A DNA stretch of 62,623 bases, the filler included, from Candidatus Aminicenantales bacterium (GTDB lineage Bacteria > Acidobacteriota > Aminicenantia > Aminicenantales > UBA4085), in assembly GCA_049515535.1 (NCBI GenBank). It is 8 parts of 8 records of this genome, joined end to end, with 100 filler letters (N's around TTAATTAATTAA, not from the genome) between each part and the next. Parts side by side here need not be neighbours in the genome. Positions count along the whole stretch, not along the records: positions 1 to 15,542 come from JBEKTZ010000021.1; 7 more parts are not named here. One strand, 5' to 3'. The position numbers and the translations under genes are program-made. Below, piece by piece: positions 1-13,854 of this stretch (position 1 is its first letter; every line of letters starts with the position of its first letter). Below the pieces are notes generated by a model. It was not told the DNA's origin, made no database searches, and saw nothing but the letters and a program-made list of their open reading frames with translations.

Positions 1-390
<390 letters not shown>

Positions 391-433
391 CCCTTACCTC
401 CTAATCCTTGGTTTTATCCAGAGATGATCCATG

Positions 434-2533
434 TTAAATTCCGCTGCCCACGACGCGTCCCTCGATCCTGGCGATGATGGCCTCCATGACCTGAAGGGGC
501 GTCCTCTCATAGGCGAAAAACTCCATCGAAAATACGCCGCGGCCCTGGGTCAGAGTCCTCAGGATCGTGGCGTAACCGAACATTTCCGCCAGCGGCGCCG
601 CGGCCTTGATGACCCGCGATCCGCCGCGCATTTCCATGCCTTCGATCTTCGCCCGCCGGGCGTTCAAATCGCCGACGATGTCCCCCAGGTAGTCGTCGGG
701 GGAGACGACTTCGAGTTTCGTGATCGGTTCGAGAAGCACCGGAACGGCTTTCTGGGCCGCTTCCTTGAAGGCCATCGTCGAGGCGATCTTAAACGTCATC
801 GGCGTCGAATCGGTCTCGCTCGCCGAACCGCCGGCCAGCGTGACCTGGATATCGGTCATGGGGAACCCGGCTAAAATGCCGAAATCGAGCGATTCCCGCG
901 CGCCGTCCTCGATGGCGGGGATGAACTCCGCCGGAATGACCCCGGACTTGATCTTCTGGACGAATTTATAGCCGGCGCCCCGCGGAAGAGGCTCGATCGT
1001 CAACCGGCAATGGCCGTATTGGCCTTTGCCGCCCATCTGGCGGATATATTTGCCTTCGCCTTCGGCCGCCTTCAGGATGGTTTCCTTGTAAGCGACCTGG
1101 GGTTTTCCGAGATTGGCCCGGACACCGAATTCCCGGGACATCCGGTCCATGAGGATCTCGATGTGGAGCTCGCCCATCCCATAGATCAGGGTTTGCCCGG
1201 TCTGAGGATCCGCCATGACCTTGATAGTCGGATCTTCCTTGCCCAGCTTGGCCAGCGCGTTGGCGAGCTTCACGTGTTCCACCTTGGACTTGGGCTCGAT
1301 CGTCATCGAAACAACCGGCTCCGGGAATTTGATGGTTTCCAGGACGATCGGCCGGTTCTTCGCGCAAAGCGTATCCCCGGTCGAAAGGCTCTTCATAGTC
1401 CCCATGGCCATGATATCGCCCGCGAATATTTCCTTCACTTCTTTTCGTTTATTGGCGTGCATCTCGAGGAGCCGGGCCACGCGCTCCTCCTCGTCCTTGA
1501 TGGGATTGAAAAAGATCGAGCCGATCTTGGCCTTTCCCGAATAGACCCTGAAAAAGGCGAGGTTGCCGATGAACGGATCGCTCTGCAGCTTGAAGACGAG
1601 CGCCGCGAAGGGCTCGTCGTCGGCGGCCTTCCGCGTCTCGACCAGGCCGGTTCGGGGATGATGACCGACGACCGGGGGGATATCCGTCGGGGCGGGCAGG
1701 TAATCGACGATCGCGTCGAGGAGAGGGTGGACACCCTTGTTCCGGAACGAGGCTCCGTACAGGACGGGCACGATCTTCCCGGCGATCGTCGCTTTTCTGA
1801 TGGCGCTGTGGATATCTTCGGGGAGGACATCGGTCCCCTCGAGAAATTTTTCCATGATATGCTCGTCGGCGTCACTCAGCTGCTCGAGCATATTCTGCCT
1901 CATTTGGCGGACTTCGGCGCGGCGCTCCTCGGCAATCTCGTTGACGACGAAATCCGAGCCGATCAAGTCCGTGCCCCAGTCATATTCTTTCATATTCACC
2001 AAATCGATCACGCCTCGAAAATACTCCTCCCGGCCCAAAGGAATCTGTATGGCAAGGGGTTTGGCCGCGAGCCTCGTCCTCATTTGTTCGAGGGCCCGCT
2101 CCGGGTCGACGCCGATCCTGTCCATCTTGTTGATGTAACAGATCCTTGGGACCCGGTACTTATCCGCCTGCCGCCAGACAGTTTCGGATTGGGGCTCGAC
2201 TCCACCGACTCCGCAAAGGAGCACCACCGCTCCGTCCAGGACCCTCAGCGACCGTTCGACTTCGGCCGTGAAATCAACGTGTCCCGGCGTGTCGATGATG
2301 TTGATTCGATGGTTGTTCCAGTAACAGGTGGTGGCGGCTGATGTGATCGTTATACCACGTTCCTGCTCTTGAGCCATCCAATCCATGACGGCTGTACCCT
2401 CGTCGACCTCCCCCATTTTGTAGGTGATGCCGGTGTAATAGAGAATACGTTCCGTCGTGGTCGTCTTCCCCGCATCGATATGGGCCAGGATACCGATGTT
2501 TCTCACTCGTTCGATCGGATGCGTTCGCGTCAA
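434..2533 (-). CDS. fusA: Elongation factor G (str-operon copy, divergent domain IV)
   Basis: [30 protein letters not shown] motifs; 699 aa; rpsL-rpsG-fusA-tuf order; TTG start. Confidence 0.95.
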   Translation of the reverse strand: MTRTHPIERVRNIGILAHIDAGKTTTTERILYYTGITYKMGEVDEGTAVMDWMAQEQERGITITSAATTCYWNNHRINIIDTPGHVDFTAEVERSLRVLDGAVVLLCGVGGVEPQSETVWRQADKYRVPRICYINKMDRIGVDPERALEQMRTRLAAKPLAIQIPLGREEYFRGVIDLVNMKEYDWGTDLIGSDFVVNEIAEERRAEVRQMRQNMLEQLSDADEHIMEKFLEGTDVLPEDIHSAIRKATIAGKIVPVLYGASFRNKGVHPLLDAIVDYLPAPTDIPPVVGHHPRTGLVETRKAADDEPFAALVFKLQSDPFIGNLAFFRVYSGKAKIGSIFFNPIKDEEERVARLLEMHANKRKEVKEIFAGDIMAMGTMKSLSTGDTLCAKNRPIVLETIKFPEPVVSMTIEPKSKVEHVKLANALAKLGKEDPTIKVMADPQTGQTLIYGMGELHIEILMDRMSREFGVRANLGKPQVAYKETILKAAEGEGKYIRQMGGKGQYGHCRLTIEPLPRGAGYKFVQKIKSGVIPAEFIPAIEDGARESLDFGILAGFPMTDIQVTLAGGSASETDSTPMTFKIASTMAFKEAAQKAVPVLLEPITKLEVVSPDDYLGDIVGDLNARRAKIEGMEMRGGSRVIKAAAPLAEMFGYATILRTLTQGRGVFSMEFFAYERTPLQVMEAIIARIEGRVVGSGI

Positions 2534-2599
2534 ACCGTCGCTCCATTGGAACTCGAATTGGCCTTTCTCCGATGCTTAGGGAGATAACCATTTATAAGA

Positions 2600-3070
2600 T
2601 CACCATCGATAATGAGCGAAAGCCCGGTTGGCTTCCGCCATTTTATGGGTATCTTCGCGTTTCTTAACCGCGCCGCCCTTGCTGCCGATAGCGTCGAGGA
2701 TTTCCGCGGAGAGCTTATCGACCATGCTCTTGCCGCCCCGTTCCTGCGCGTAGTGAATGATCCAGCGCACGCCCACGGAAACCGAGCGGGTGCTCTCGAC
2801 CTCGATGGGGACCTGGTACGTGGCTCCGCCGACGCGCCGCGATTTGGTCTCCAGCATGGGCCGCACGTTTTCGATGGCCTTTTCGAAGACCTTCAGAGGG
2901 TCTTCCTTGGCCTTCTGCTTGACCACTTCCATGGTCGCGTAGATCGTCCGTTCGGCGGTGCTCCGCTTTCCTTTCTTCATATAGGTGTTGATGAATTTTG
3001 TGATCAGCGTGCTGTTATACTTCTGGTCACCCGGAACTTTTCTCTTTTTGATGATCCCACGTCTCGGCAT
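2600..3070 (-). CDS. rpsG: 30S ribosomal protein S7
   Basis: MPRRG..., SRRVGGATYQVP, HKMAEANRAFAHYRW. Confidence 0.98.
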   Translation of the reverse strand: MPRRGIIKKRKVPGDQKYNSTLITKFINTYMKKGKRSTAERTIYATMEVVKQKAKEDPLKVFEKAIENVRPMLETKSRRVGGATYQVPIEVESTRSVSVGVRWIIHYAQERGGKSMVDKLSAEILDAIGSKGGAVKKREDTHKMAEANRAFAHYRW

Positions 3071-3081
3071 CGAACTCTCCC

Positions 3082-3477
3082 TTATCCTTTGGCGGCGACC
3101 CTTTTCTCTTTGGGCTTCTTGGTGCCGTACTTGGAGCGGCTTCGGTTGCGGTTCACCACGCCTTCGCTGTCCAGCGTCCCGCGGATGATGTGATAGCGGA
3201 CGCCCGGGAGATCCTTTACGCGACCTCCGCGGACGAGCACGATCGAGTGCTCCTGAAGGTTATGCCCAACTCCGGGGATGTACCCAGTGACTTCAATATT
3301 GTTGGTGAGGCGGACTCTCGCCACTTTTCGCAAAGCGGAGTTCGGCTTCTTGGGCGTGGTCGTGAAGACGCGAGTGCACACGCCGCGTTTCTGCGGGCAC
3401 CCGTCCAATGCCGGAGATTTGCTCTTGTATCTCTTGGAGATCCGGCCTTTCCTTATTAATTGGTTGACGGTTGGCAA
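3082..3477 (-). CDS. rpsL: 30S ribosomal protein S12
   Basis: [30 protein letters not shown] start. Confidence 0.98.
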   Translation of the reverse strand: MPTVNQLIRKGRISKRYKSKSPALDGCPQKRGVCTRVFTTTPKKPNSALRKVARVRLTNNIEVTGYIPGVGHNLQEHSIVLVRGGRVKDLPGVRYHIIRGTLDSEGVVNRNRSRSKYGTKKPKEKRVAAKG

Positions 3478-3552
3478 GAAACCTACTCCTTATAAAAAAA
3501 TATATAATTGTACTCACTCCGAACAGACGGTTCTATCGGAACGAATGTCCGG

Positions 3553-3581
3553 ATCATAGCAAACTTCGTTGGCTATGTCAA
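3553..3581 (-). promoter_or_regulatory. sigma70-type promoter of str operon
   Basis: Minus strand TTGACA-N17-TATGAT with TGn extended -10, upstream of rpsL. Confidence 0.8.
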
Positions 3582-3608
3582 CAAATTTCAGGCAGTAAAT
3601 GCAAAAAT

Positions 3609-6600
3609 TCAGCTCCGGAGAGGGACCTGTTCGGTCTTCTTCACTTCCTCTGTTTCTTTTCCCTCTTTGAGCTCCACATCCCGATAGAATTTATAGCCTG
3701 TCCCGGCGGGGATCAGCCGGCCCATGATGATGTTTTCCTTCAGGCTCCTCAAGTGGTCGACTTTTCCGTAAATGCTGGCCTCGGTCAAAATCCGGGTCGT
3801 CTCCTGGAAGGACGCCGCCGAGATGAAGCTGTCCGTGCTCAAGGCGCTCTTGGTGATCCCCAGGAGGAGCGGCCGGGCCTTGGCCGGCTTTCCACCCTTC
3901 TTGGTCACTTTGAGATTCTCTTCCTGGAAGACGAACTTGTCGACCTGTTCGTCCACGAGAAACTCGGTATCTCCGACTTCCTCGACTTTAACCCAGCGCA
4001 GCATCTGGCGAATAATGGTCTCGATATGCTTGTCGTTGATCGAGACGCCCTGGAGCCTGTAAACTTCCTGGATCTCTCTCAGGAGATATTCGGCCAGTTC
4101 CTTTTCTCCCAGAACCTTGAGGATGTCATGAGGGTTCACCGGCCCGTCCATCAGGGGGGTGCCGGCGCGGACACGCTCGCCGTCGCCGACGCTTATATGG
4201 GCGCCTTTGGGAATCAGATACTCCTTGGGCTGGGTGCGATCGCTCTTGACGGTCAGCTTCCGGTAGCCGCGCACCAGGCCGCCGAACTCGACGACGCCGT
4301 CGATCTCCGAGATGACGGCGGGCGTCTTGGGCCGCCGGGCTTCGAAGAGCTCCTCGGCGCGCGGTAGACCGCCCGTGATGTCCTTGGTTCGGGCGACTTC
4401 GCGGGGGATCTTGGCCAGGATGTCGCCGGCGTACACGGTTTCGCCGTCTTTGACTTCAAGGTTGGCCCCGGAAGGCAGGAAGTACTTCTTGAGGAGAACG
4501 GGTCGGCCGTTCTTGTCCTTTTCGCGCGCATCCAGGATCTCGATGCGCGGCTGCATTTTTTCGTCTTTCGGTTCGATGATGACCGGGCTGACCAATCCGG
4601 TAATGTCGTCCTGGACCTCTTCCATTGTCACCTTCCGGACGACGTCGTGGAAATGGATCTTACCGCTGTCCTCGGTCAGGATGAACGTGTTGAAGGGGTC
4701 CCATTCGGCAAAGACCTGCCGGGCCTTGATCTCGCTGCCTTCCTTGAACAGGATCTTGGCCCCATAGGGGACTTGATAGTGCTCGACCTCGCGGCCCCGG
4801 TAATCCATGACGGCGATGTTGGCGTCTCGGTTGACGACAATTAAGGCTTTTTCCTTGTTCGTGACGATTTTAACGTTATTGAACCGGAGGGCGCCGTCGT
4901 TCTTGGCTTCGAGCTTGGACCGCTCGGCGCCCCGCATGGCGATGCCACCGATGTGGAACGTTCTCATCGTCAGCTGCGTTCCGGGTTCGCCGATGGATTG
5001 GGCCCCGACGATGCCGACGGCCTCGCCGAGTTCCACTTTGAAACCACTGGCCAAGTTACGGCCGTAGCAAAGCTGGCAGATGCCGCGCTTCGCTTCGCAG
5101 GTCAATACGGAGCGGATCTTGACTTTCTCGATGCCGATCTTCTGCAGATCCTGGGCCACGGCCTCCGTGATTTCCTCGTTCATATCGACGGTGACCTTGC
5201 CCGTGTCCGGGTGGATAATCCGCTCGAGGGAGATGCGGCCGACGACCCGGTCGACGAACGGCTCGATGATCTCGCCGTTCTCGACGATGGCCGAGACGTT
5301 GACGCCCTTGAGCGTGCCGCAATCGTGCTCTTCGATGATGACTTCTTGGGCCACATCCACGAGCTTGCGGGTAAGGTAGCCGGAATTAGCCGTCTTGAGG
5401 GCCGTGTCCGCCAATCCTTTCCGGGCGCCGTGCGTCGAGATGAAGTACTGCAGCACGTTCAGCCCCTCTCTCAGATTGGAAATGATGGGCGTCTCGATGA
5501 TCTCGCCCGACGGCTTGGACATCAGACCGCGCATTCCGGCCAACTGACGGATCTGCTGCTTGTTGCCCCGCGACCCGGAGTCGGCCATGACAAAGAGAGG
5601 ATTGAGGTTCAATCCCTCGAAGCTGATCCTCTTCATCTCGTCGATCATCGCGCTTGAGACCTTGTCGGTCACGTCGCCCCAGATCTCGATGACGCGGTTG
5701 AGCCGCTCGCCCGCCGAAATCGTGCCGTCGAGATAGAGCTTCTCGATGTCCCGGACTTCCTTCTGGGCTTTCCCGACGAGCTCGGCTTTTTCCTTGGGGA
5801 TGACGAAATCGTCGATGCCCAGGGAGAATCCTGCCTGAGTCGCCTGGGCGAAGCCTAATTCCTTGAGCTTGTCCAGCGTCTGCACCGTGAGGGGCAGGCC
5901 GGACTTGAGATAGATATAGAAGACGAGGTTTTCCATGCCTTTTTTCTTGAACGTTCCGTTGATGAACGGCACGCCCTTGGGCAGGGCGGCGTTGAAAATG
6001 ATCCGGCCGGGCGTCGTTTCGATGAGTTCCCGCTTGAGGTTCACGACCGGGCATTGGAGGATGGCCTGGTCGTCGTAAAAAGTCGAGAGGTTCATGAACG
6101 GGCCTTCGTAGCGCATCTTGATCAAGGACTGAAGATTGAGTTTCTTGTTCTCGAGCGCGAGAAGGACTTCATCGGCCGAGACAAAAACGCGGCCTTCACC
6201 TTTCAGGTTCTTCTTGGCCAGCGTGCAGTAATAGCAGCCCAAGACCATGTCCTGGCTGGGGACGGTCAGCGGCCGGCCGTGGGCCGGCGAAAGGATGTTG
6301 TTGGTCGAGAGCATCAGGGTCGAGGCCTCGATCTGGGCTTCGACGGACAGCGGGATGTGGACGGCCATTTGGTCGCCGTCAAAGTCGGCGTTGAACGCCG
6401 CGCAGACCAGCGGGTGAATCTGGATGGCTTTGCCTTCGACCAGGATCGGATCGAAGGCCTGGATGCCCAACCGGTGCAGCGTGGGAGCGCGGTTCAAAAG
6501 GATGGGGTGCTCGCGAACGACCTCCTCGAGAAAATCCCAGACCTCGGGCCGCTCCTGCTCGTGCCATTCGCGGGCCACTTTGACGCTCGGCACGAGGCCT

Positions 6601-7760
6601 TCCTTTTCGAGCTTGTGGAAGATGAACGGCTTGAAAAGCTCGAGCGCCATCTTCTTGGGCAGCCCGCATTGGTTGAGTTTGAGCTCGGGCCCGACGACAA
6701 TGACGGACCGGCCCGAATAATCCACGCGCTTGCCGAGAAGGTTTTGGCGGAACCGGCCCTGTTTCCCGCGCAGCGCCTCGCTCAGCGATTTGAGCGGCCG
6801 GCGGTTCGCGCCCAGGTGGACGCGGCCCCTCTTCCCATTATCAAAGAGGGCGTCCACGGCTTCCTGAAGCATCCTCTTCTCGTTGCGGATGATCAGCTCG
6901 GGAGCGCGGAGCTCGATGAGCTTTTTCAGGCGGTTGTTCCTGTTGATGACCCGGCGATAAAGATCGTTGAGGTCGGACGTCGCGAACCGCCCTCCGTCCA
7001 GGCGGACCAGGGGCCGCAGGTCGGGCGGAATGACGGGGACGACGTCCAGGACCATCCATTCGGGATGGTTGCCCGACTTCCGGAGGGCCTTGAAAACGCG
7101 GAGCCGCTTCGCATACCGGAGTTTTCTCTGTTGCGACGTCTCCTTCTTCATGGCCTTCCGCAGCCGATCGGCTTCTTTCTGGATGTTGATCCTCACCAGA
7201 AGGAACTTGATCGCTTCGGCGCCGATCGAGGCTTCGAACTTGTCGCCATACTTCTCGCAGGCTTCCTTGTACTCCTCCTCGTTGAGGAGCTGTTTTTCCT
7301 TGAGCGGCGTATCTCCGGAATTGATGACGATGTAGGACTCGAAATAGAGGACTTTCTCCAGGTCCTTGATCGATAGATCGAGGACCAACCCGATCCGGCT
7401 CGGAGGGCTTTTGAAGAACCAGATATGGGCGACTGGAGAGGCAAGTTGGATGTGGCCCATACGCTCCCGGCGGACCTTGGATTTCGTGACCTCGACGCCG
7501 CAGCGCTCGCAGATGATACCACGGTACTTCATCCTCTTATATTTGCCGCAAAGGCATTCGTAGTCGTTGATCGGCCCGAAAATCTTGGCACAGAACAGGC
7601 CGTCTTTCTCGGGTTTGAAGGTGCGGTAATTGATCGTCTCGGGCTTGGTCACTTCGCCCCAAGACCAACTCTTGATCTTTTCGGGAGAGGCGATGCTGAT
7701 GCGGACGCGGTCGAATTCCATCTTCGGCTTGCCGCCGAGGGTTTGCTTGAGTTCCATCAT
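3609..7760 (-). CDS. rpoC: RNA polymerase beta' subunit
   Basis: NADFDGD catalytic motif, N-terminal Zn finger CLCGK...CERC, 1383 aa. Confidence 0.99.
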   Translation of the reverse strand: MMELKQTLGGKPKMEFDRVRISIASPEKIKSWSWGEVTKPETINYRTFKPEKDGLFCAKIFGPINDYECLCGKYKRMKYRGIICERCGVEVTKSKVRRERMGHIQLASPVAHIWFFKSPPSRIGLVLDLSIKDLEKVLYFESYIVINSGDTPLKEKQLLNEEEYKEACEKYGDKFEASIGAEAIKFLLVRINIQKEADRLRKAMKKETSQQRKLRYAKRLRVFKALRKSGNHPEWMVLDVVPVIPPDLRPLVRLDGGRFATSDLNDLYRRVINRNNRLKKLIELRAPELIIRNEKRMLQEAVDALFDNGKRGRVHLGANRRPLKSLSEALRGKQGRFRQNLLGKRVDYSGRSVIVVGPELKLNQCGLPKKMALELFKPFIFHKLEKEGLVPSVKVAREWHEQERPEVWDFLEEVVREHPILLNRAPTLHRLGIQAFDPILVEGKAIQIHPLVCAAFNADFDGDQMAVHIPLSVEAQIEASTLMLSTNNILSPAHGRPLTVPSQDMVLGCYYCTLAKKNLKGEGRVFVSADEVLLALENKKLNLQSLIKMRYEGPFMNLSTFYDDQAILQCPVVNLKRELIETTPGRIIFNAALPKGVPFINGTFKKKGMENLVFYIYLKSGLPLTVQTLDKLKELGFAQATQAGFSLGIDDFVIPKEKAELVGKAQKEVRDIEKLYLDGTISAGERLNRVIEIWGDVTDKVSSAMIDEMKRISFEGLNLNPLFVMADSGSRGNKQQIRQLAGMRGLMSKPSGEIIETPIISNLREGLNVLQYFISTHGARKGLADTALKTANSGYLTRKLVDVAQEVIIEEHDCGTLKGVNVSAIVENGEIIEPFVDRVVGRISLERIIHPDTGKVTVDMNEEITEAVAQDLQKIGIEKVKIRSVLTCEAKRGICQLCYGRNLASGFKVELGEAVGIVGAQSIGEPGTQLTMRTFHIGGIAMRGAERSKLEAKNDGALRFNNVKIVTNKEKALIVVNRDANIAVMDYRGREVEHYQVPYGAKILFKEGSEIKARQVFAEWDPFNTFILTEDSGKIHFHDVVRKVTMEEVQDDITGLVSPVIIEPKDEKMQPRIEILDAREKDKNGRPVLLKKYFLPSGANLEVKDGETVYAGDILAKIPREVARTKDITGGLPRAEELFEARRPKTPAVISEIDGVVEFGGLVRGYRKLTVKSDRTQPKEYLIPKGAHISVGDGERVRAGTPLMDGPVNPHDILKVLGEKELAEYLLREIQEVYRLQGVSINDKHIETIIRQMLRWVKVEEVGDTEFLVDEQVDKFVFQEENLKVTKKGGKPAKARPLLLGITKSALSTDSFISAASFQETTRILTEASIYGKVDHLRSLKENIIMGRLIPAGTGYKFYRDVELKEGKETEEVKKTEQVPLRS

Positions 7761-10700
7761 GCTTCTCCTTTGAGGATTTGGGGAACGTTAATCCCCCACG
7801 GCAGCGCCTCGTCTTTCTCCGATTTCTCGAGTTCGACGTTTAAACACAGGCTCTGCAACTCGCGGATGAGGACGTTGACCGACTCGGGAAGTCCCGGCGA
7901 AAACTCGAGATCGCCCTTGACGATGGCCTCGTAGATTTTCGCCCGGCCATCGACGTCGTCGGATTTGACGGTCAGGAGCTCCTGGAGCGTGTAGGCGGCG
8001 CCATAGGCCTCAAGGGCCCAGACCTCCATTTCGCCGAACCTCTGTCCGCCGAACTGAGCCTTGCCGCCGAGCGGCTGTTGGGTGATCAGCGAATACGGCC
8101 CCGTGGACCGGGCATGGATCTTGTCATCGACCAGGTGGTACAGCTTCATCATATAAATGTTGCCGACGGTCACTTCCTGGTCCAGATATTCGCCGGTGAT
8201 GCCGTCGAAAAGCGGCGTCTTTCCGGATTCCGGCAGGCCCGCCCGCAGAAGGAGATCCTTCACTTCCCGTTCCGAGCAGCCGTCGAAAACCGGTGTGGCG
8301 ATCCACAGGCCGAGTTTCTCGGCCGCCCAACCCGCGTGCGTCTCGAGGATCTGGCCGACGTTCATACGGGAGGGAACGCCCAGAGGATTGAGGACGATCT
8401 CGACCGGAGTGCCGTCCGGGAGCCGCGGCATGTCCTCCTCGGGAACGATCTTGGCGATAATGCCCTTGTTGCCGTGCCGGCCCGAGACCTTGTCGCCGAC
8501 GGACATCTTCCGCTTCATGGCGATGAAGACCTTGATGGCCTGGATGACGCCCGGGGCGAGTTCGTCGCCTTTCTTCAGTCCATCCACCTTTTCCTTGAAG
8601 ATCGACCGCAGCGCTTCGATTTGGCGTTTGGCTTTCTTTTCGATGTCTTTGATGTTTTCGTCGCGTTCAGAATCGGCCTCGACCTTGAACTTTCCGAAGT
8701 CGTCAGGGTCGATTTCGTCCAGGATCTTCTCCGTCAACTTCTGGCCTTTGCTGAACGACCGGTTGGAGACCTTCTGGTCTTTATCGAGCACCGCCCCCTT
8801 GAGCAAGGCCTTGATCTTTCTCCAGCGTTCACCTTCGAGGATGGTAAGCTCGTCGTCCAGGTTCCGCTTCAGGTCGGCGATCTCGTCCTTCTCGATCAGC
8901 TTGGCCCGGTTTCCCTTTTCCGTGCCGCGACGGGAGAAGATCCGGACGTCGATGATCGTCCCTTCGACGCCGGGGGAGCAATAGAGCGAGGCGTCCTTGA
9001 CGTCCAGCGCTTTCTCGCCGAAGATGGCCTTCAGGAGTTTTTCCTCGGGAGACAGTTGGGTCTCGCCTTTGGGCGCGACCTTTCCGACCAGCACGTCGCC
9101 CGACTTGACCTGGGCGCCGATCCTGACAATGCCGTTCTCGTCCAGGTTCCGGAGAACCGCTTCGGGAACGTTGGGGATATCGCGAGTGATCTCCTCAGGG
9201 CCGAGTTTCGTGTCGCGGGCCTCGATCGTCTCCTCGACGATGTGGAGCGAGGTGAAGATATCCTGCTTGATGAGCTTCTCGCTGATGATGATGGCGTCTT
9301 CGAAGTTATATCCGCGCCAGGGCATGAACGCGCACAGCACGTTCCGGCCCAGGGACAACTCGCCGCTGTCCGTGCAGGAGCTGTCGGCCAGGATCTGGCC
9401 GGCCGCGACATGGTCGCCCCGCCGGACGATCGGCCTCTGGGTCAAGCACGTGTTCTGGTTGGTCCGCAGGAACTTCGTCAGGAGATAAAGGTCGGTCCCG
9501 ACTTCATAGGCCTTGGCGTTCTCCCGTTCGTCCGCGCGGATGAGAATGCGCTCGGCGTCGACGAATTCGATAACGCCCGCGCGTTTGCAGACGATGACGT
9601 CGCCCGAGCCCTTGGCCACGAGGTGCTCGATTCCCGTTCCGATCCGAGGGGCCTCGGGCCGCAGAAGCGGCACGGCCTGCCTCTGCATGTTGGAGCCCAT
9701 CAACGCGCGGTTGGCGTCGTCGTGCTCCAGGAACGGGATCAAGGCGGCGGACAGGGAGACGAGCTGCTTCGGCGAGACGTCGATGTAATTGATCTGGTCC
9801 TTGGCGAGGTTCTTGAAATTTCCGCTTTGGCGGGCGCTGATGATATCGTCGATGAAATTCCCTTTCTCATCGACGCGGGCGTTGGCCTGGGCGATGTTGT
9901 GTTTCTCCTCTTCCCAGGCCGTCAGATAGAAACAATAGGATTCGCACACCGGCATGTGCCGCGCGTTCTTCCGTTTGAGAGAGGCGCTTTCTTTCAGATA
10001 ATCGTCCTTTTCGACGACATCGCCGATCTTGTACTCGCTGTCGCCGGGATGAAGGACCTTGACATAATCAATGATCCGGCCGTCCTTCACTTTTCTGTAG
10101 GGCGTTTCGATGAAGCCGTAATCGTTGACGCGGGCGTAGCAACTGAGCGAGGAGATCAATCCGATGTTGGGGCCTTCCGGGGTCTCGACCGGACAGATGC
10201 GGCCGTAGTGGGACGTCTGGATGTCGCGGACCTCGAACCCCGCCCGCTCGCGGCTCAGGCCGCCGGGCCCGAGGGCGCTGAGGCGCCGCTTGTGCGTGAC
10301 CTCGGCCAGGCTATTGATCTGATCCATGAACTGGGAAAGCTGGGAGCTGCCGAAAAACTCCTTGAGCGCGGCGATGACGGGCTTGGAATTGATGAGGTCC
10401 TGGGGCATCGCCGAGGCTAAATCGGCCGTGATCGTCATCTTCTCCTTGATCGTCCGTTCCATGCGCGTCAGGCCGATGCGGAAAGCGTTTTCGACGAGTT
10501 CGCCGACCGAACGGACGCGCCGATTGCCGAGATGATCGATGTCGTCCACAGCCCCCTCGCCGCGGCGAAGGCGGAACAGATACTTCATCACTTCCACATA
10601 GTCCAGCGGCGCCAGCGTCTTGTCGTCGAGCGACGTGTTCAGCTCGAGCTTGATGTTCATTTTCAACCGGCCGATTCGGGAGAAATTGTATTTTTGCGGA

Positions 10701-12040
10701 TTGAAAAAGAGGTTGCGGAAGAGGTTATGGGCGCTATCCATCGTGTGCGGTTCGCCCGGCCGCAGCTTCCGATAGATCTCCGCGAGGGCTTGGTTGGTGT
10801 CCTTGCGCAGATCTTTTTTCAACGTGTTGACGACGATCATCCCCGCCTCATCCTCGGCGGGGAAGAAGACCTCGAAGGGCTCTCCCTTGCCGATGAGCAG
10901 ATCAAGGGCGGTGTCGCCGATCTCCTCGTTGCCTTTGACCTTGCCCTTGATGCCGAACAAGGCAAAGGCGTTCTGCAGGTCTTTCCGGTCGATAGCGACC
11001 CGGGACCGACCGAGGTCTTTTAACTTTTCATAGATTTCGAGGGTGATTTTCTTCTTGGCGTGGAAGAGAACGCTCTTCCCTTTCGAATCTTCGATGTCCT
11101 CGTTGAGCGTCTTGCCGATCAGGCCTTCGGAGAGGTCCCAGTAAAGTTTCCCGTTTTCCGCCGTGATCTTGAAGATCCGGTGGAAGAGGCGGAGGATATC
11201 CTCATCCGAGCTGAATCCCAGGGCGCGCAGGAAGACCGTGGCCAGGAATTTTTTCTTCCGGTCCAGCCTGACGAACAGGTTGTTTTTCGCGTCGTATTCG
11301 AATTCGACCCAGGCGCCGCGATAGGGGATGATCTTGGCGATGAAAAAGCCCTTGACCTCGCCCTGCCGGAAGAAGACGCCGGGGGAGCGCTGAAGCTGGC
11401 TGACGACGACCCGTTCGATGCCGTTGAAAATGAACGTGCCCTTTTCCGACATCAGGGGGATATCGCCGAAATAGACTTCCTGCTCCTTGATATGTTTGAG
11501 CCGCTTGGCTTTGGTCACGGCGTCCTTTTCCCAGGAAATCAACCGCACCTTGAGCCGCAGCGGCACGGAGTAGGTATATCCCTTCTGCAAGCACTCGTTC
11601 GTGGTGAACTTCATTTTCAGGCCGACCCGGTCTCCGCAGTGATCGCACTGCGGGACCTCGATCTTCCGGGACGCGCCGCAATAAGGGCAGACCTCCTTCG
11701 CCGTGAGCTCGACGTCGGCCGGGAGCAACGTTCCGCAACCGTTGCATTTCGCCCGGGAATTTTCCACTCCCTTCAGCCGACCGCACTTGCATTCCCAGTT
11801 CCCGATCGCATAATTGATGAAGTCGAGCTGCGTGGTTTCCTTGAAATCGGAGATGGGAAAAACATCCTTGAAGGCAGCCTGGAGGCCCGTGTCCTTCCGC
11901 TCTTCCGGCAGCAGGTTCATCTGGAGAAACTCCGCGTAGGCCGCCGTCTGAATGGCGAGAAGGTCGGGCATCGGAAAGACTTGCTTGATTTTAGAAAAAT
12001 CATGTCTTTCGCGGTAAATATTTTGGGATTCTTTATTCAT
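7757..12040 (-). CDS. rpoB: RNA polymerase beta subunit with N-terminal 8-Cys insertion
   Basis: [35 protein letters not shown]; 1427 aa. Confidence 0.99.
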   Translation of the reverse strand: MNKESQNIYRERHDFSKIKQVFPMPDLLAIQTAAYAEFLQMNLLPEERKDTGLQAAFKDVFPISDFKETTQLDFINYAIGNWECKCGRLKGVENSRAKCNGCGTLLPADVELTAKEVCPYCGASRKIEVPQCDHCGDRVGLKMKFTTNECLQKGYTYSVPLRLKVRLISWEKDAVTKAKRLKHIKEQEVYFGDIPLMSEKGTFIFNGIERVVVSQLQRSPGVFFRQGEVKGFFIAKIIPYRGAWVEFEYDAKNNLFVRLDRKKKFLATVFLRALGFSSDEDILRLFHRIFKITAENGKLYWDLSEGLIGKTLNEDIEDSKGKSVLFHAKKKITLEIYEKLKDLGRSRVAIDRKDLQNAFALFGIKGKVKGNEEIGDTALDLLIGKGEPFEVFFPAEDEAGMIVVNTLKKDLRKDTNQALAEIYRKLRPGEPHTMDSAHNLFRNLFFNPQKYNFSRIGRLKMNIKLELNTSLDDKTLAPLDYVEVMKYLFRLRRGEGAVDDIDHLGNRRVRSVGELVENAFRIGLTRMERTIKEKMTITADLASAMPQDLINSKPVIAALKEFFGSSQLSQFMDQINSLAEVTHKRRLSALGPGGLSRERAGFEVRDIQTSHYGRICPVETPEGPNIGLISSLSCYARVNDYGFIETPYRKVKDGRIIDYVKVLHPGDSEYKIGDVVEKDDYLKESASLKRKNARHMPVCESYCFYLTAWEEEKHNIAQANARVDEKGNFIDDIISARQSGNFKNLAKDQINYIDVSPKQLVSLSAALIPFLEHDDANRALMGSNMQRQAVPLLRPEAPRIGTGIEHLVAKGSGDVIVCKRAGVIEFVDAERILIRADERENAKAYEVGTDLYLLTKFLRTNQNTCLTQRPIVRRGDHVAAGQILADSSCTDSGELSLGRNVLCAFMPWRGYNFEDAIIISEKLIKQDIFTSLHIVEETIEARDTKLGPEEITRDIPNVPEAVLRNLDENGIVRIGAQVKSGDVLVGKVAPKGETQLSPEEKLLKAIFGEKALDVKDASLYCSPGVEGTIIDVRIFSRRGTEKGNRAKLIEKDEIADLKRNLDDELTILEGERWRKIKALLKGAVLDKDQKVSNRSFSKGQKLTEKILDEIDPDDFGKFKVEADSERDENIKDIEKKAKRQIEALRSIFKEKVDGLKKGDELAPGVIQAIKVFIAMKRKMSVGDKVSGRHGNKGIIAKIVPEEDMPRLPDGTPVEIVLNPLGVPSRMNVGQILETHAGWAAEKLGLWIATPVFDGCSEREVKDLLLRAGLPESGKTPLFDGITGEYLDQEVTVGNIYMMKLYHLVDDKIHARSTGPYSLITQQPLGGKAQFGGQRFGEMEVWALEAYGAAYTLQELLTVKSDDVDGRAKIYEAIVKGDLEFSPGLPESVNVLIRELQSLCLNVELEKSEKDEALPWGINVPQILKGEA

Positions 12041-12211
12041 GGACGCTCTCTAAAATAAAATGGGAACCCCGTTCCGGATGGACGGACTCCGGTACGCGGA
12101 CCCGAAAAACAGGCGCACGAAAAGGGCCCGCGCGCCGGATTTCCGAATCCGGCAGGTGTGCCCCGCATTTCAATGACGTTCGTCAGGGGACGTCCTTTCT
12201 CGACGATAACG

Positions 12212-12607
12212 TTACTGCAGCTCGACTTGGGCCCCGACTTCCTCGAATTTCTTTTTCATCGTTTCGGCGTCCGCCTTGGATAGCCCTTCTTTGACCGGCT
12301 TGGGCGCGCCGTCGACGAGGTCCTTGGCTTCTTTCAAGCCGAGACTCGTGATCTCCCGAACGATCTTAATGACATTGATCTTCTTTTCGCCGGCGCTCTT
12401 CAGAACCAGCGTGAATTCGGACTTCACCTCTTCGGCCTTGGCTTCGGCCTGAGGGGCCGCTCCGCCGGCCGCGGCCACGGGGAAGGCCGCCGCCGCGCTG
12501 ATGCCGTAGCGGGTCTCGAATTCCTTGATGTAGTCCGCAAGTTCCAAAACCGTCAGGTTGTCCAGGTGTTCGAAAAATTCTTCCTTGGTCAGTTTTGACA
12601 CGTTCAT
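12212..12607 (-). CDS. rplL: 50S ribosomal protein L7/L12
   Basis: [27 protein letters not shown]; start chosen after AGGAG RBS. Confidence 0.96.
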   Translation of the reverse strand: MNVSKLTKEEFFEHLDNLTVLELADYIKEFETRYGISAAAAFPVAAAGGAAPQAEAKAEEVKSEFTLVLKSAGEKKINVIKIVREITSLGLKEAKDLVDGAPKPVKEGLSKADAETMKKKFEEVGAQVELQ

Positions 12608-12627
12608 TGTCTCCTTTCCTATCGCGG

Positions 12628-13152
12628 TCAAACCGATTGTGGTTTTTTATCTTTTAATTGACTCAACAATAGGCCCGTGTTCATCAGCGGGGCCTGCAGA
12701 GTCCTTAAAAGTCTCGTCAGAGGATAAGCCATCATGAAGCCGATCTTGCCCAAAAGCGCGTCGCGGGAGGCGAGCTTGGTGATCTCGTCGAACCGTTCCG
12801 CAGGAAAATACTGGCCTTGCACGACTCCGCCCTTCATCACCAGGATCTTATTCTGGGTCGCAAAATCCTTGAGGGCTTTGGCCAGAATGATCGGGTCGGC
12901 CGCCGTGAAGGCCAAGGCGGTCGGCTTGCGGAAGGCCTCCTTGAGAACGTCCGGAAATTCCGTCTTGAGGGCCCGCAGGGCCAGACGGTTCTTGACGATC
13001 TTGAGCGCCGCACCCTGTTTGCGCAGGGTCTTCCGCAATGTGACCGACTGGGCCACGGTCATCTTGTTGTAATCGAACAGAAAGAAAGTGTCGTTCGATT
13101 TGAGGATATCGGCGAGCTCGCCGACGCGTTGTTCCTTGTGTTCCCGTTTCAT
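12628..13152 (-). CDS. rplJ: 50S ribosomal protein L10
   Basis: [11 protein letters not shown] motif; position between rplA and rplL. Confidence 0.93.
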   Translation of the reverse strand: MKREHKEQRVGELADILKSNDTFFLFDYNKMTVAQSVTLRKTLRKQGAALKIVKNRLALRALKTEFPDVLKEAFRKPTALAFTAADPIILAKALKDFATQNKILVMKGGVVQGQYFPAERFDEITKLASRDALLGKIGFMMAYPLTRLLRTLQAPLMNTGLLLSQLKDKKPQSV

Positions 13153-13161
13153 CCGCTTCTC

Positions 13162-13854
13162 CTATTTCTCCAGGACGTCTTCGGCGATCTTGAAGGACGG
13201 CCCCATCGTCGTGCTGAGGAACATGCTCCGGACGAATTTGCCCTTGGCCGTCGACGGCCGGGCGTGGAGCACGGCCGCGAGGAAGGCCTGGACGTTTTCC
13301 ACGAGCTTCGCTTCGGGGAACGAGACCTTGCCCACCATGGAATGGATGATGCTGGTCTTGTCGATCCGGAATTCCACTTTGCCGGCCTTGGTCTCTTCGA
13401 TGGCCTTCTTGATGTCGAAGGTCACCGTGCCCGATTTCGGGTTGGGCATGAGGCCCTTCGTTCCAAGGATGCGGCCCAGCTTGCCCACGCTGCGCATGAT
13501 ATCCGGCGTGGCGATGACGATGTCGAAATCGATCCAGCCTCCGCTGATCTTCTCGATCAGCTCCTCGGCGCCGGCGTAATCCGCGCCCGCTTCTTCGGCC
13601 TCCTTCACTTTCTCGCCCGTGGCCAGCACGCAGATCTTCTTGGTTTTGCCGGTGCCGTGGGGCAAGACGACCGTCCCGCGGACCATCTGGTCCGACTGCT
13701 TGGGATTCACGCCCAAACGCATGGCGATGTCGACGGATTCGTCGAATTTCACGTAATGGCCCTTTTTGAGCAGGGCCACCGCGTTCTCGAGCGAATACTC
13801 GGGTTTGTCCTTCAGCTCTCTGGCCTTTAGATATTTTTTTCCTCGATTAGCCAC
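13162..13854 (-). CDS. rplA: 50S ribosomal protein L1
   Basis: [32 protein letters not shown]; probable GTG start at 13854. Confidence 0.96.
   Translation of the reverse strand: MANRGKKYLKARELKDKPEYSLENAVALLKKGHYVKFDESVDIAMRLGVNPKQSDQMVRGTVVLPHGTGKTKKICVLATGEKVKEAEEAGADYAGAEELIEKISGGWIDFDIVIATPDIMRSVGKLGRILGTKGLMPNPKSGTVTFDIKKAIEETKAGKVEFRIDKTSIIHSMVGKVSFPEAKLVENVQAFLAAVLHARPSTAKGKFVRSMFLSTTMGPSFKIAEDVLEK

Noticed and set aside
8078..10420. 780-aa ORF antisense to rpoB (also 1010-2341, 27747-29648, 31396-33009, 50353-52077, 19061-20845)
   Set aside because: In-register antisense shadows of well-supported genes.
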